Source: Coniocarpon cinnabarinum (Eukaryota). Taken from it: DNA of 20,000 bases. Position numbers and translations under genes: made by a program. Under the pieces are notes generated by a model, which made no database searches, had not been told where the DNA came from, and saw only the letters and a list, made by a program, of their open reading frames with translations. The stretch lies in contig JAVECO010000007.1 in assembly GCA_051942205.1 (NCBI GenBank), positions 236,631 to 256,630 of the forward strand, written 5' to 3'. How positions within the stretch are numbered: the stretch's first letter is position 1; each line of letters begins with the position of its first letter. Positions 11,086 to 20,000 of the stretch are shown piece after piece.

Positions 11086-12890
11086 ATGGGTCAAGAGGGA
11101 AGCGTGCGGAAAAGGCCAGACTTGTGGTCTTACATCAGCTTCAGTCGCCCAAACTCCCGGAATGGCTCATCGTCCTTACCGCATCCAAACGGCTCGCCCG
11201 ACCCTTTTGGCGGTGCGGAACGAACACCCAAAAGATCGAGAGGATACTCCGTGGATCAAGCATACATGCACCAGGCACATTGGCAAAGAAACAAAACCTT
11301 TAGGTACCTTGGTCTAGGACTCGTTGTGTTTGTGCTACTGTACTTTCTCGCTCCAGCCCAATACATCTGTACGTGTCCTACCACTCAAATCGAGGGAAGC
11401 ATATAGGCTGACAAGTCTCAGCTCGTCCAGGGTATACATCTGGCCGTGGAGGCCAGAGAGTTTCAGACTCCTCAGCAGCCTCCTCAAAATGCACCGAGTC
11501 CTACTCTCCCACAAAACCCCTTATTCAATACGCTTTGATGATCGATGCAGGCAGTACAGGCTCACGCATCCATGTATATCGTTTCAACAATTGCGGCCCA
11601 ACTCCTGAGCTCGAAAACGAAGAGTTCAAGATGACGGCCAAGAAGGAAGGAGGCTCAGGACTGTCTTCATACGATTCAGACGCCGAGAGCGCTGCAAAAT
11701 CCCTTGATGAACTTATGAGTGTTGCCATGCAGAGTGTTCCAGAGGCTTATAAATCGTGTTCGCCAATCGCCGTTAAAGCCACAGCGGGTTTGAGAAAGCT
11801 CGGAACAGAGAAGAGCAATCGCATTCTCGAGGCTGTGCGCAAGCGTCTGGAAACGGAGTATCCGTTCCCCCTCGTATCTGGAGAGAAAGGGGGCGTCGAG
11901 GTGATGGGCGGTGATCAAGAGGGTGTGTATGCCTGGATCACAACTAACTACCTGCTCGGCAAGATAGGAGGCCCTGACAAGACACCTTCCGCCGCCGTGT
12001 TTGACCTAGGGGGCGGCAGTACTCAGATCGTATTCGAGCCAACATTTCCTCAAGCTGCTAAGGGAGGAATGCCAGAACACCTCGCTGATGGCGATCACAA
12101 GTACAACATGACTTTCGGCGGTCGTAACTTTGAGCTTTATCAGCACAGCTACTTGGGCTACGGACTCATGGAGGCTCGAAAGAAGTTGCACCACTTAGTG
12201 CTGGATGGTGCTAGAAAGAACGGCAAAGTAGGCTTCGGCCAACCCATTGTCAACCCATGTATTGCACCTGGTATGTCTCGTGAGATTGAAATGGAGCCTG
12301 AGGATGGAGGTAAGACTTACACCGTCAACATGACCGGTCCAGATTCTGGCAGTCACACGCAGTGCCGTGCGATTGCTGAAAAAGCTCTTCACAAAGAGAA
12401 AGCTTGTTCCTTGCAACCTTGTGCGTTTGATGGTGTGCATCAGCCAAGTCTGCAAAAGACTTTCGCACGGGAGGATGTTTACTTATTCAGCTACTTCTAT
12501 GACCGGACTCAGCCCCTCGGCATGCCAGACAGCTTCACACTGGAGGAGCTGAAAGACCTGACGGAGAAGGTGTGCAATGGTGAAGATTCATGGGAAAGCT
12601 TTGCTGCTGTCGATGGCGCCCTTGATGAGCTGCGAGATCGACCAGAGCACTGCTTGGATCTCAACTTCATGCTAGCTCTCTTGCACTCGGGCTATGATAT
12701 GCCAATGGATCGTGAAGTCAAGATCGCAAAGAAAATCAAGGGCAATGAATTGGGTTGGTGTCTTGGTGCCAGGTAAGCTTGTTCCTGCGACATGCCAGGA
12801 GTAAAACGTGATCTTGCTGACACAACTCGCAGCCTGCCATTACTCGAGAAAGGCTCAGGTTGGGAATGTAAGATGCAACAGATCGAATGA
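11086..12890 (+). CDS. GDA1: Golgi guanosine diphosphatase (GDA1/CD39 apyrase family), 3 exons (11086-11368, 11422-12772, 12833-12890), about 563 aa
   Basis: Type-II TM anchor (FRYLGLGLVVFVLLYFLAP). Apyrase conserved regions MIDAGSTGSRIH, KATAGLR, EGVYAW, DLGGGSTQ, SYLGYG and ELGWCLGAS. Introns GTACGT...GCTGAC...CAG and GTAAGC...GCTGAC...CAG restore the frame. The start codon is the least certain part. Confidence 0.93.
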
Positions 12891-13177
12891 AGAACCCATC
12901 ACGTTAAGGAACACGGCTTCTACCCGTCAGGGTTCCTTAAATTTCACGATGAGGAAGGCACTCTGACCATTTGCGTATTGCGTCTGCGAAGAAACCATTG
13001 CCAGGAGACTTTCCAACGAGCCTCGCACGGGAAAAATCATTGCGGACGTTTGAGAGCAGCTTGAGTAAGCTCGAGAAGCGAAGATTAGATCACGTCCGTC
13101 AGGTTTCCATGGTGATAGAAGACATTGCCGCGAATGTCACGTTTGGTTCAAAGAAACATCTCGCGCGAAGATATACA

Positions 13178-13635
13178 TCATAGACCAGCACCTGATCTGC
13201 GACTGGCACGAAAGTCTCTTCTGACCCTCTCAACGCTCCCACGGACAGACTTCAGCCACTGAATCAGAACCACAGCAAACATCAAGTCATCCAACTTGAG
13301 CAACAATTTGGCCAGCAAAATATGGCCCTCGCCTCCACTGCCGTGCTCGATCGCTGCTGCAATATTATTACGGTGCATCCAGGCACAGCAGATTATGCCG
13401 AAGAAAGCGACATGGCCGAAGACTGTCATGCTTGTTAGCATTTGTTATGGGCACGATACATGTTGTGATGCGTACACGCTGAAATGTAATATAGCAGCCG
13501 ACTTGGAGACATTCCAGCTTGTGCATCGGATGGCGTGTGGTATGGATCTGGTTCTGTTTCATCATAGATACTGCGCGCTTTTGCTGCGTTGAAATCCAAG
13601 AATGGCATGTGCTCGCTCAGGGCTGCGAAACCCAT
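13178..13635 (-). CDS. Hypothetical small membrane protein, 2 exons (13635-13476, 13422-13178), 134 aa
   Basis: Two short ORFs are joined in frame (phase 1) by a canonical 53-nt intron GTACGC...GCTAAC...CAG. The junction creates a continuous hydrophobic stretch LLYYISAFFGHVAFFGIICCAWM. No family recognised. Confidence 0.6.
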
Positions 13636-14099
13636 TATTACAGGCTCTCTTTTTGGCTGAGCTTACTCTTTGACACGCAACCATTCACTTAATGACCAGA
13701 GCAAGACAGTCAAGTTGCAATTGGTTCCTTTATGAATCTGGCTACATTGTGCTCAGACATATGAGCACTTGCCGTAATCTCACATTACCAAATATTGATG
13801 AGGAATCGTCAGAGCACGCTTTCGCATTTCTAGCAACCTTCGTCTAGGCATTTGTTGCCAAAAGACCGACTTGGCACATTGAGTAGCAAAAGCTTGGTTA
13901 CGACGTTATTGCCTCATAGATTTTCAGATATTGAGAGCCTTTTTTTGACAAGCCCTTCTAAAAAAGAACGATATACGTGCGATCAAAATTAGAGGGATTT
14001 GGGACTCTAAACTCGATCATTGAGGGATGGTCAGCTCTGTTGCGTGTACAAGAATATATTTTGCGTTCACTCGCACGCGACAAAGTCACCTAAAACGTT

Positions 14100-14714
14100 T
14101 CAATCCTTTTCACCCACTACTTCAACCTTTGAACGCTTGCTTTTCTTCCTGTGCTCCTCATGCTCGTTCGGTTCGCCACGAATGTTCGACAGCTGACTCA
14201 TTATACCGTCTCGCTCGAATTCGTCCTCTCCTGCCAAGGTCTTTCGCTTCTTTGGCTGATTATGGTCATGATATGGAGGTTGTGGTAACTCAATATCACC
14301 TCTGGATGCATTCGGCTCTTGCTCCAGCACTCCCAAACCCAAGTTCATTTCGATGTAAGGACTTTCTTCAGCTTCGCTCGAATAGCCTTCATCTTCTTCG
14401 TCCGAGTTCTCCATCCTGATCTCGAACGCACTGCGCGCGGATTGTTCGCTTTGATTGAGGTTTGCATTGGCTTGATGTAGCTGGGATAGAAAAGCATGCA
14501 GGCGATCGCGGAGTGATGACGGAGCTTCAGCTGCATGATCTTGATGTTCAGCTGGCGAGTTTTCCGCGTCTGAAGCATCGGACTCGGAGGAACTCGAGAG
14601 GGATGATGTGTCTGAAGAGGAGTCCTCGATACTAGAATCTATGATAAATTCCTTCTCTGTTTGACCTTCGTCTCGCCTGGATTCTGGGTCGCCAGCCATG
14701 TCCTGTGCTTCCAT
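14100..14714 (-). CDS. NOPCHAP1/DUF4598-like acidic protein (putative box C/D snoRNP / R2TP assembly cofactor), 204 aa
   Basis: SSLRDRLHAFLSQLHQANANL...FEI...EESPYIEMNLGLGVLE matches the family signature as I recall it. Ser/acidic N-terminus and basic C-terminus (KRSKVEVV). ATG 14714 is in an AAAATGG context; the frame is also open to an upstream ATG at 14792 inside the MRPL51 CDS. Confidence 0.75.
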   Translation of the reverse strand: MEAQDMAGDPESRRDEGQTEKEFIIDSSIEDSSSDTSSLSSSSESDASDAENSPAEHQDHAAEAPSSLRDRLHAFLSQLHQANANLNQSEQSARSAFEIRMENSDEEDEGYSSEAEESPYIEMNLGLGVLEQEPNASRGDIELPQPPYHDHNQPKKRKTLAGEDEFERDGIMSQLSNIRGEPNEHEEHRKKSKRSKVEVVGEKD

Positions 14715-14760
14715 TTTGCCACCCTTGGTTGGATGAAGTAACCAGAAAATGCTGTTCGGT

Positions 14761-15232
14761 CTATAACTTCCACTTGTTCTCACCCTGCGCATGGAATGGA
14801 CTCCAGATGCCTCTCACACTCTCGTTCAGACTGCGCACCGGCTTCGTCGTTCGCTTTAGCTTCTCACCACTCGCGTCTCTCAACAATTCGACCTTCTTCA
14901 GGACCTGGGAGTGCGCAAGATTTCTCACGCACACGGCTTTTTCTCGTCCGTTGATGTAGTGGCCTCTCACCACCGGATGCTTGCGAGGCCGAGGCGACAC
15001 GTGTATTTCAATCTCAGGATGAGCTCGTGCAAATTTTGGCAGGGCGTTGCGAAGAAAGACATTCATGCCACGCGAAGAGCCAGCCCAATCGCAGTAATGA
15101 AAGTCGAGTCGTTTGCATTGAAGGACGAATGCGCCGACGCCGTTCTAGGCATCGTTAGCAAAAGCACGTTACAAGACGAATGCCAAGGTATACCTGGGGG
15201 ATTGAAGCTTTTTTGAGTGCTCCGACAACCAT
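14761..15232 (-). CDS. MRPL51: Mitochondrial ribosomal protein mL43 (yeast Mrpl51), 2 exons (15232-15194, 15144-14761), 140 aa
   Basis: MVVGALKKASIPQ|NGVGAFVLQCKRLDFHYCDWAGSSRGMNVFL...RKHPVVRGHYINGREKAVCVRNL...SLNESVRGIWSPFH. 49-nt intron GTATAC...GCTAAC...TAG. Confidence 0.93.
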
Positions 15233-15481
15233 AGCTGGATCGGGACGAAAGACGTAGAGGCACCAGCTTGGAAACTGGAGTATGGGGTCTCTTCGCTCAG
15301 AAACACCTATACCTAGCATCCCAAAAGGGTTTACGTGGCGTGCCAAGACTAGACGATTATACCTAGGTACCTACTTCACTCCCAACCTCGCTTCATTTCA
15401 CTCCCCTCGAGCAATTTCAACACATTTCGTCCTTGGTCAACTCCCTTTTGAATACATACTGATCTCGTTGACAGTAGGAAA
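15233..15481. promoter_or_regulatory. Short divergent intergenic region (putative bidirectional promoter) between MRPL51 and U1-70K
   Basis: Head-to-head ATGs lie 249 nt apart, with a CT-rich stretch at about 15370-15450. No specific motif identified. Confidence 0.5.
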
Positions 15482-16663
15482 ATGACCGATAAGCTGCCCG
15501 AGAATCTTCTACGATTGTTCACCCCCCGTCCATCTCTGCGCTATATCCCTCCCACCGACAAGCCTCCTGAGCATCGCAAGACTGTTACCATCGAGCCTGT
15601 TGGCAATTATTTGGGAGCTTTGCGCGAATACAAAGCCAATGACAATTCGATACCTACAGAGAGTCGAATGCAGCGCGCGGACCGCCGGAAACGAGAGCGA
15701 AAGGAGGCTCACGAGAAGCGCATCAAAGAAGGGCTGAAGATGTTCAACCCAGCAGGTGATCCCAATGTAAAAGGAGATCCGTACAAGACCTTGTTTGTCG
15801 CGCGGCTGGACTATCGTGTTGAACCCCGTGAGCTTGAGAGAGCATTCGGGCGGTTCGGCCCTATTCAAAGAGTACGTATCAGAGCTCCATCACGTTGCGT
15901 ACATGTGCTAACCGACGGTATAGATACGCATCATTAAAAACGCTTCAGCAAAAGACAGTGACTCTCTCAAGAAGCGAATGCAGGGGTATTGCTTCATTGA
16001 ATATGAGCGAGAGCGAGATATGAAAGGTGCATATGACGGACTCATCTCCTAAATTACCACTACTGACACATTCCTTTTGCAGTTGCCTACAGGGATTCCG
16101 ATACCATTCTAGTTGGAGACCGCAACGTCAAGGTCGATTGCGAACGAGGACGAACGGTGAAAGACTGGAGACCTCGACGCCTTGGTGGTGGCCTGGGCGG
16201 TCGCCACTATACTAAAGCCGCAGCCAAACCTGTTGGTGGCTTTCAGTTCGGCGGTCCCCCGATGGGTCCAGGAAGCAACCGCGGGGGAGGTGGATTTCGC
16301 GGCGGGTTCCGAGGTGGGTTCGACGGCCCAAGAGGTGGTGGCGGTTTTCGTGGAGGACCTCGAGGTGGGTTTGGCGGTCGCGGCGGCATCGGCTATCAAG
16401 GTTCCGGCTTCGCCGGGGCCCCCGAAGGTGCACCAGCTGGCCCTCGTGGTCCTCGCGACGGTGGGTATGGAAGCAGATATGACGATATGGCTAATGGGTA
16501 TGGCGGTGGTGGATATGGTGACAGAACTGGCAGCAACGCAGAACCGGTGAGATCATCACGAGATCGCTATGATGACCGTCCTAGGCATGGTGGGTATGAT
16601 GACTATTCTCGAAAGCGACGTCACGAAGATAACTACGATGACTCGAAGCGGCGGCGATACTGA
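15482..16663 (+). CDS. SNP1: U1 snRNP 70 kDa protein (U1-70K/Snp1), 3 exons (15482-15871, 15924-16026, 16083-16663), 357 aa
   Basis: [18 protein letters not shown]-terminus; [11 protein letters not shown] (RNP2); GYCFIEY (RNP1); [26 protein letters not shown]- and RD-rich tail. Introns GTACGT...GCTAAC...TAG and GTGCAT...ACTGAC...CAG. Confidence 0.95.
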
Positions 16664-16759
16664 TTTACGCCCTGCAAGTTACACCAGTCTGATTGGTCGG
16701 AAGGGAAACGCTCTGTCTTCGAACCGTTGGAACGCAAAGGTTTGTCCCCATCAACGCCA

Positions 16760-17294
16760 GGGGTAAGCCAAGGCAACCACGGATTTGGGACATCTGCGAC
16801 GTCAAAGACATGGAAGGGCTCAAAGCACTGGCGCATGGTTGCCCCGTTTGCTTATTGTACCATCGTTCATTTTCTTCTCTTACACTCACCACGATCGGAT
16901 AATGACGTGGAGGTGAGTGGTAAGTATATATTCAGAAATGCAGCCTACGTGCTGCGACTAAAGACTATGAAGTAAGTTTTGAGGTGAGAAGATGCACCAA
17001 ATTTTTGACCAAGATGATGAATTACACGCATGGGCCAAACCCAGTCATCGACATGTCTGTTCGAGGCTCAAAGAGCGGCACGTATGCGTATTCGGGCACG
17101 TGGCGGGTAAGACAAGCTTGGGACATCAATAAAAGCGTACTACGGACGTCGAAACATGTCTCTTCAAACGCTTGCAAGTGGCTACGCCAGTCATCCTGGT
17201 CCTGAGTATTCGTCCTGAGCTCGAGGGTAGGCCAGAAACCGACACGGACTCAAGGGACTAGCATGGTACCCAAAACGAGCTTTTAATGGTGAGC
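16760..17294 (+). promoter_or_regulatory. Cluster of consensus 5' splice-site (U1-binding) motifs downstream of the U1-70K stop codon
   Basis: GTRAG motifs on the sense strand at 16763, 16913, 16920, 16972, 16984, 17107 and 17289; six of the seven have G at -1. The motifs are seen directly; function is inferred. Confidence 0.5.
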
Positions 17295-17631
17295 CGTGGT
17301 GCCCAGAGAGGCGCTTTCACTTCACTAATGGACCAGCTTTAAAATCTTGAAATAGGACTCTCGGAGGAAGACGCGAGCACGATGATATTGCCCAATCTGC
17401 CACTATACGCTTTCAACGCCAATGCATTTGCATAGTGGCAATCGCAAGAAAAGCGTCCCGTGATCGACCAGACATGTAGGCTTGACCTGGTTGACAGTGA
17501 GAAAGAAAGAGCGACGGCTCTACATGCATTCTCTGTTACAGGTCATGTGGTCTACCATTGCCCCTTTGCGGGGTCACACAGACGACAATCGTCTGCGATA
17601 AAGTGTGTGTACTAGATTTGATTGCCTGCAG

Positions 17632-18759
17632 TCAGAAATGTGACTGTGGAACATTATAAGCTCGTTTACCCTCAGTATTTAGCAGAACGATAACCTTATC
17701 CTCGCCCCGATCAACGTCATTCCTATGATCTTGATGAACAGCCCTAAGCGCTGCAATACCAGAAGCCCCACACGGGCCTGCTGAGACGCCCATGATCTCT
17801 GAATATCGCGTAGCCTTGTGTGCCTCCAAATCAGACACAGTCACACTCACATCCACCAGCTTTTGCAGATCAGGCCAAGCGGTATACGACACCGTCCCGC
17901 AATTCATCCCTGACATGATCGTGTCGCCGGTCTCAATCTTCTCGAGTTTACCAGACCGCAAACTAGCGTTCAAGCAAGCTGCAGTATTCGGCTCCACTGT
18001 GACGACTTTAGCTATTTTCCTTCGTGATGCAGACTTGAAGTGTCGTGATACGGCGTGGGCCAAAGAGCCGACCCCGACGGGACAAAAGACAGCGTCAGCT
18101 TCGAGTCCTTGCTGATGGAGTTGTGCATCAAGCTCTGTAAGCATTGTCGAATATCCTTCCACGATCCGAGCCGGTGTCTCCTCATACCCGGGCCACGCTG
18201 TGTCCTGCACTAACACACCCTGCGGTGCATCCGCCGCTATCATCGCGTTCTGAACCGCGTCGTCGTAGTCACCGTGCATGACGTGCACAGTCGCCCCTTC
18301 ATGCTGGATAGAGCCTTTCGTCTGTTCGTCCATCACGCGTGGAACGTAGATATTCGCTTCGAGTCCTAATAACCGTGCCATGAACGCTACCGCTCGACCA
18401 TGGTTTCCATCTGTTGCGGCAAATAGCTCTATACAGCGCTGTTGGGCAGCATGTGCAACGACGTTGATGTCAGAGGTCAGTGGCATGTTGAGGCGTGCAG
18501 CTATGGCCGTGAAGGCGCCCCATGATGCGCCGAGAATTTTGAAAGAGGGCAAACCGAGACGACTGCTTTCGTCCTTGAGGAAGACGGCTCTGACGTTGAG
18601 ATCTTTTGCAAGGGTTGGTAGGGAAATCAGAGGCGTGGGCTGATAGCGTGGGAGTTTTTGATGAAAAGCCAAAATGGTGGGGAAAGCGATAGGATGAGTG
18701 CTTGTTATCGTGATTCTATTAATGAAGATGTTCTTCTGTGTGATCTCTGGAGGCCGCAT
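17632..18759 (-). CDS. Diaminopropionate ammonia-lyase-like PLP enzyme (fold type II), 375 aa
   Basis: Intronless. YQPTPL, KDESSRLGLPSFKILGASW (PLP lysine), ATDGNHGRAVA, VQDTAWPGYE, IVEGYSTM, PVGVGSLA, TIMSGMNCG and GPCGA motifs. First ATG is at 18759 (the ORF track starts at a TTG at 18762). Confidence 0.9.
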   Translation of the reverse strand: MRPPEITQKNIFINRITITSTHPIAFPTILAFHQKLPRYQPTPLISLPTLAKDLNVRAVFLKDESSRLGLPSFKILGASWGAFTAIAARLNMPLTSDINVVAHAAQQRCIELFAATDGNHGRAVAFMARLLGLEANIYVPRVMDEQTKGSIQHEGATVHVMHGDYDDAVQNAMIAADAPQGVLVQDTAWPGYEETPARIVEGYSTMLTELDAQLHQQGLEADAVFCPVGVGSLAHAVSRHFKSASRRKIAKVVTVEPNTAACLNASLRSGKLEKIETGDTIMSGMNCGTVSYTAWPDLQKLVDVSVTVSDLEAHKATRYSEIMGVSAGPCGASGIAALRAVHQDHRNDVDRGEDKVIVLLNTEGKRAYNVPQSHF

Positions 18760-19050
18760 CAACGCGGAGCATCAGTATCTATGGATCGGTGCGCGGCCTG
18801 GGATATTACACTCTCAAGATAGAAAGATTGACATGGGCATCTGAGACAACGCTATCATTGTGAGTCTTTTGCTTGAAAGAACCTATTCCTGAGCAATGAA
18901 CGTAAAGGCTTTTTTCCCACTGCATCCCAGATTGCTCTCTCTATGAGTGTCGCTGAAATTCTTTTTCCAAACAAGCTTGCTACTAACAATGATCTACAAC
19001 TTCATCTGGCCCTGCCAGGCTTGCACTGATGGTATAGCAAGATCAATACA

Positions 19051-19211
19051 TGTTGGAAAATTCGGTGGTTATAAGTCACATAACATAATTACTATATATA
19101 GAAGGTAATAAGGCACCCCTATCCTTAGAGGTTCTTAGACTTCTTACTACTTAATAGATAGTTAACTAATTAATAATTATTACTATATCTTTATTTAAAT
19201 AGTTATAAGCC
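19051..19211 (+). mobile_element. Probable RIP-mutated Copia-type 5' LTR (about 150 bp) followed by a primer-binding site
   Basis: Starts with TGTTGG exactly at the GC/AT transition and contains a TATATATAG box. It is followed at 19200-19211 by TAGTTATAAGCC, which is TGGTTATGAGCC (the Ty5/copia-type tRNAi-Met PBS) after two TpG>TpA RIP changes. Confidence 0.6.
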
Positions 19212-19702
19212 TAAAAGTGTATTTATAAGTATATTAATAACTTCTAGTAATATTAATATATAATAACTTATAAAAATAACTACTTAGTAAAGCTTTTTAC
19301 TAAAAACTTTTTTAACTATAAAACTAAAAAATAGTAAAATAGTAATTATAATCTTTTTAAAGCTATAAGCTATAATAAATTTTTAATTTTTTAGTAAATA
19401 ATAATATTAATAGTAAAAAATAAAAGATAGATAAAAAAAAAGATTTAACTAATTAAAAGATTAGACCTAGTAATTACTAAACTTAATATTAATTTTACTA
19501 GATTTTTTTTATAAATAAAATTAAATATTAGAGCTAAATATACTAAAAAAAAGTAATTATATTTTTTTTTTTTTACTAGTAAAGTAAAAAATTATTATTA
19601 TAGTAACTTTTTAAAGAGCTAGTAATAATATAAAAAATAGTAATTTATACTTTTTATTACTATTACTACTAATAAATTATCTTTATAATAAAATAGACTA
19701 GT

Positions 19703-20000
19703 TGTTACGCTATGCCTAATGTATAACAAAAAGTTACGTATATTCGCGTTATAGGGCGCTAATGTATAAAGACCCTAACGTGTTAGGACGCGTTTACCTC
19801 TAGGGCCTTATACATATAAATTACGTGTGCCCCTGTTAACCCTATTACCTCTAGGTAATAGGGGTAGTAGAGGTAATAGGGCTATAATATATTTACTTGT
19901 ACCTTAGTCTATATAGTCTAATAGCGAGCCTATCTCTCTCTTAGGCTTAATATCGTTTAAATTTAGAATTAACCTAACTTATAAGTTATAAACTACTAAA
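19703..20000 (+). mobile_element. Possible second (Gypsy-like) LTR nested in the first element
   Basis: TGTTACG at 19703 coincides with a step up in GC and retained CpG. There are internal inverted repeats and a later TATATA-like box (about 19910). Confidence 0.4.

Larger units (their letters stand above)
19051..20000. repeat. AT-rich RIP-degraded transposon block (continues beyond the window)
   Basis: Abrupt drop in GC, very high TpA, near absence of CpA/TpG over about 19100-19700, and no ORFs. This is the classic repeat-induced point mutation signature. Confidence 0.88.

Noticed and set aside
14715..14813. Stop-codon readthrough or splice fusion of MRPL51 with the downstream ORF
   Set aside because: The frames differ, and the G|GTGAGA donor near the MRPL51 end has no in-phase acceptor supported by a branch point.
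15367..15474. Possible 5'-UTR intron of U1-70K (CTGAT...GACAG before the ATG)
   Set aside because: The acceptor is plausible, but the donor (GTACCT or GTCAAC) is weak and ambiguous; it cannot be supported without transcripts.
16260..16400. GC-rich quasi-repeats
   Set aside because: Explained by the RGG/FRGG low-complexity coding region of U1-70K.
19770..19885. Telomere-like CCCTAA/TAACCC fragments
   Set aside because: Isolated hexamers rather than a tandem TTAGGG array; expected by chance in RIP-affected DNA.

Overview
Eukaryotic genomic DNA from a filamentous ascomycete (Pezizomycotina-type short GT-AG introns with CTRAC branch points, and a RIP-type AT-rich block). Positions 1-18.8 kb are gene-dense. 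In order: a DMT/SLC35F5-like (THI74/YML018C-type) transporter running off the left edge, Rab7/Ypt7, a cupredoxin-like type-I membrane protein, a non-canonical eIF4E, a centrin-like EF-hand protein, a PPPDE(DeSI)-PUL protein, GDA1 guanosine diphosphatase, a small two-exon orphan membrane protein, a NOPCHAP1/DUF4598-like protein, mitoribosomal mL43/MRPL51, U1-70K (SNP1), and a diaminopropionate ammonia-lyase. From about 19.05 kb the sequence becomes a RIP-degraded retrotransposon block, read here as a Copia-like LTR plus PBS with a probable nested second LTR. Most interesting signals: (i) a dense, sense-strand cluster of near-perfect U1-binding 5' splice-site motifs directly 3' of the U1-70K gene, a candidate U1 snRNP autoregulatory element; (ii) MRPL51 and the NOPCHAP1-like gene in tandem only 46 nt apart, a candidate dicistronic unit; (iii) a spliced orphan membrane-protein gene hidden in two short ORFs; (iv) a probable GC-AG intron in YPT7. 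All gene models and family calls were made by eye, without database searches.
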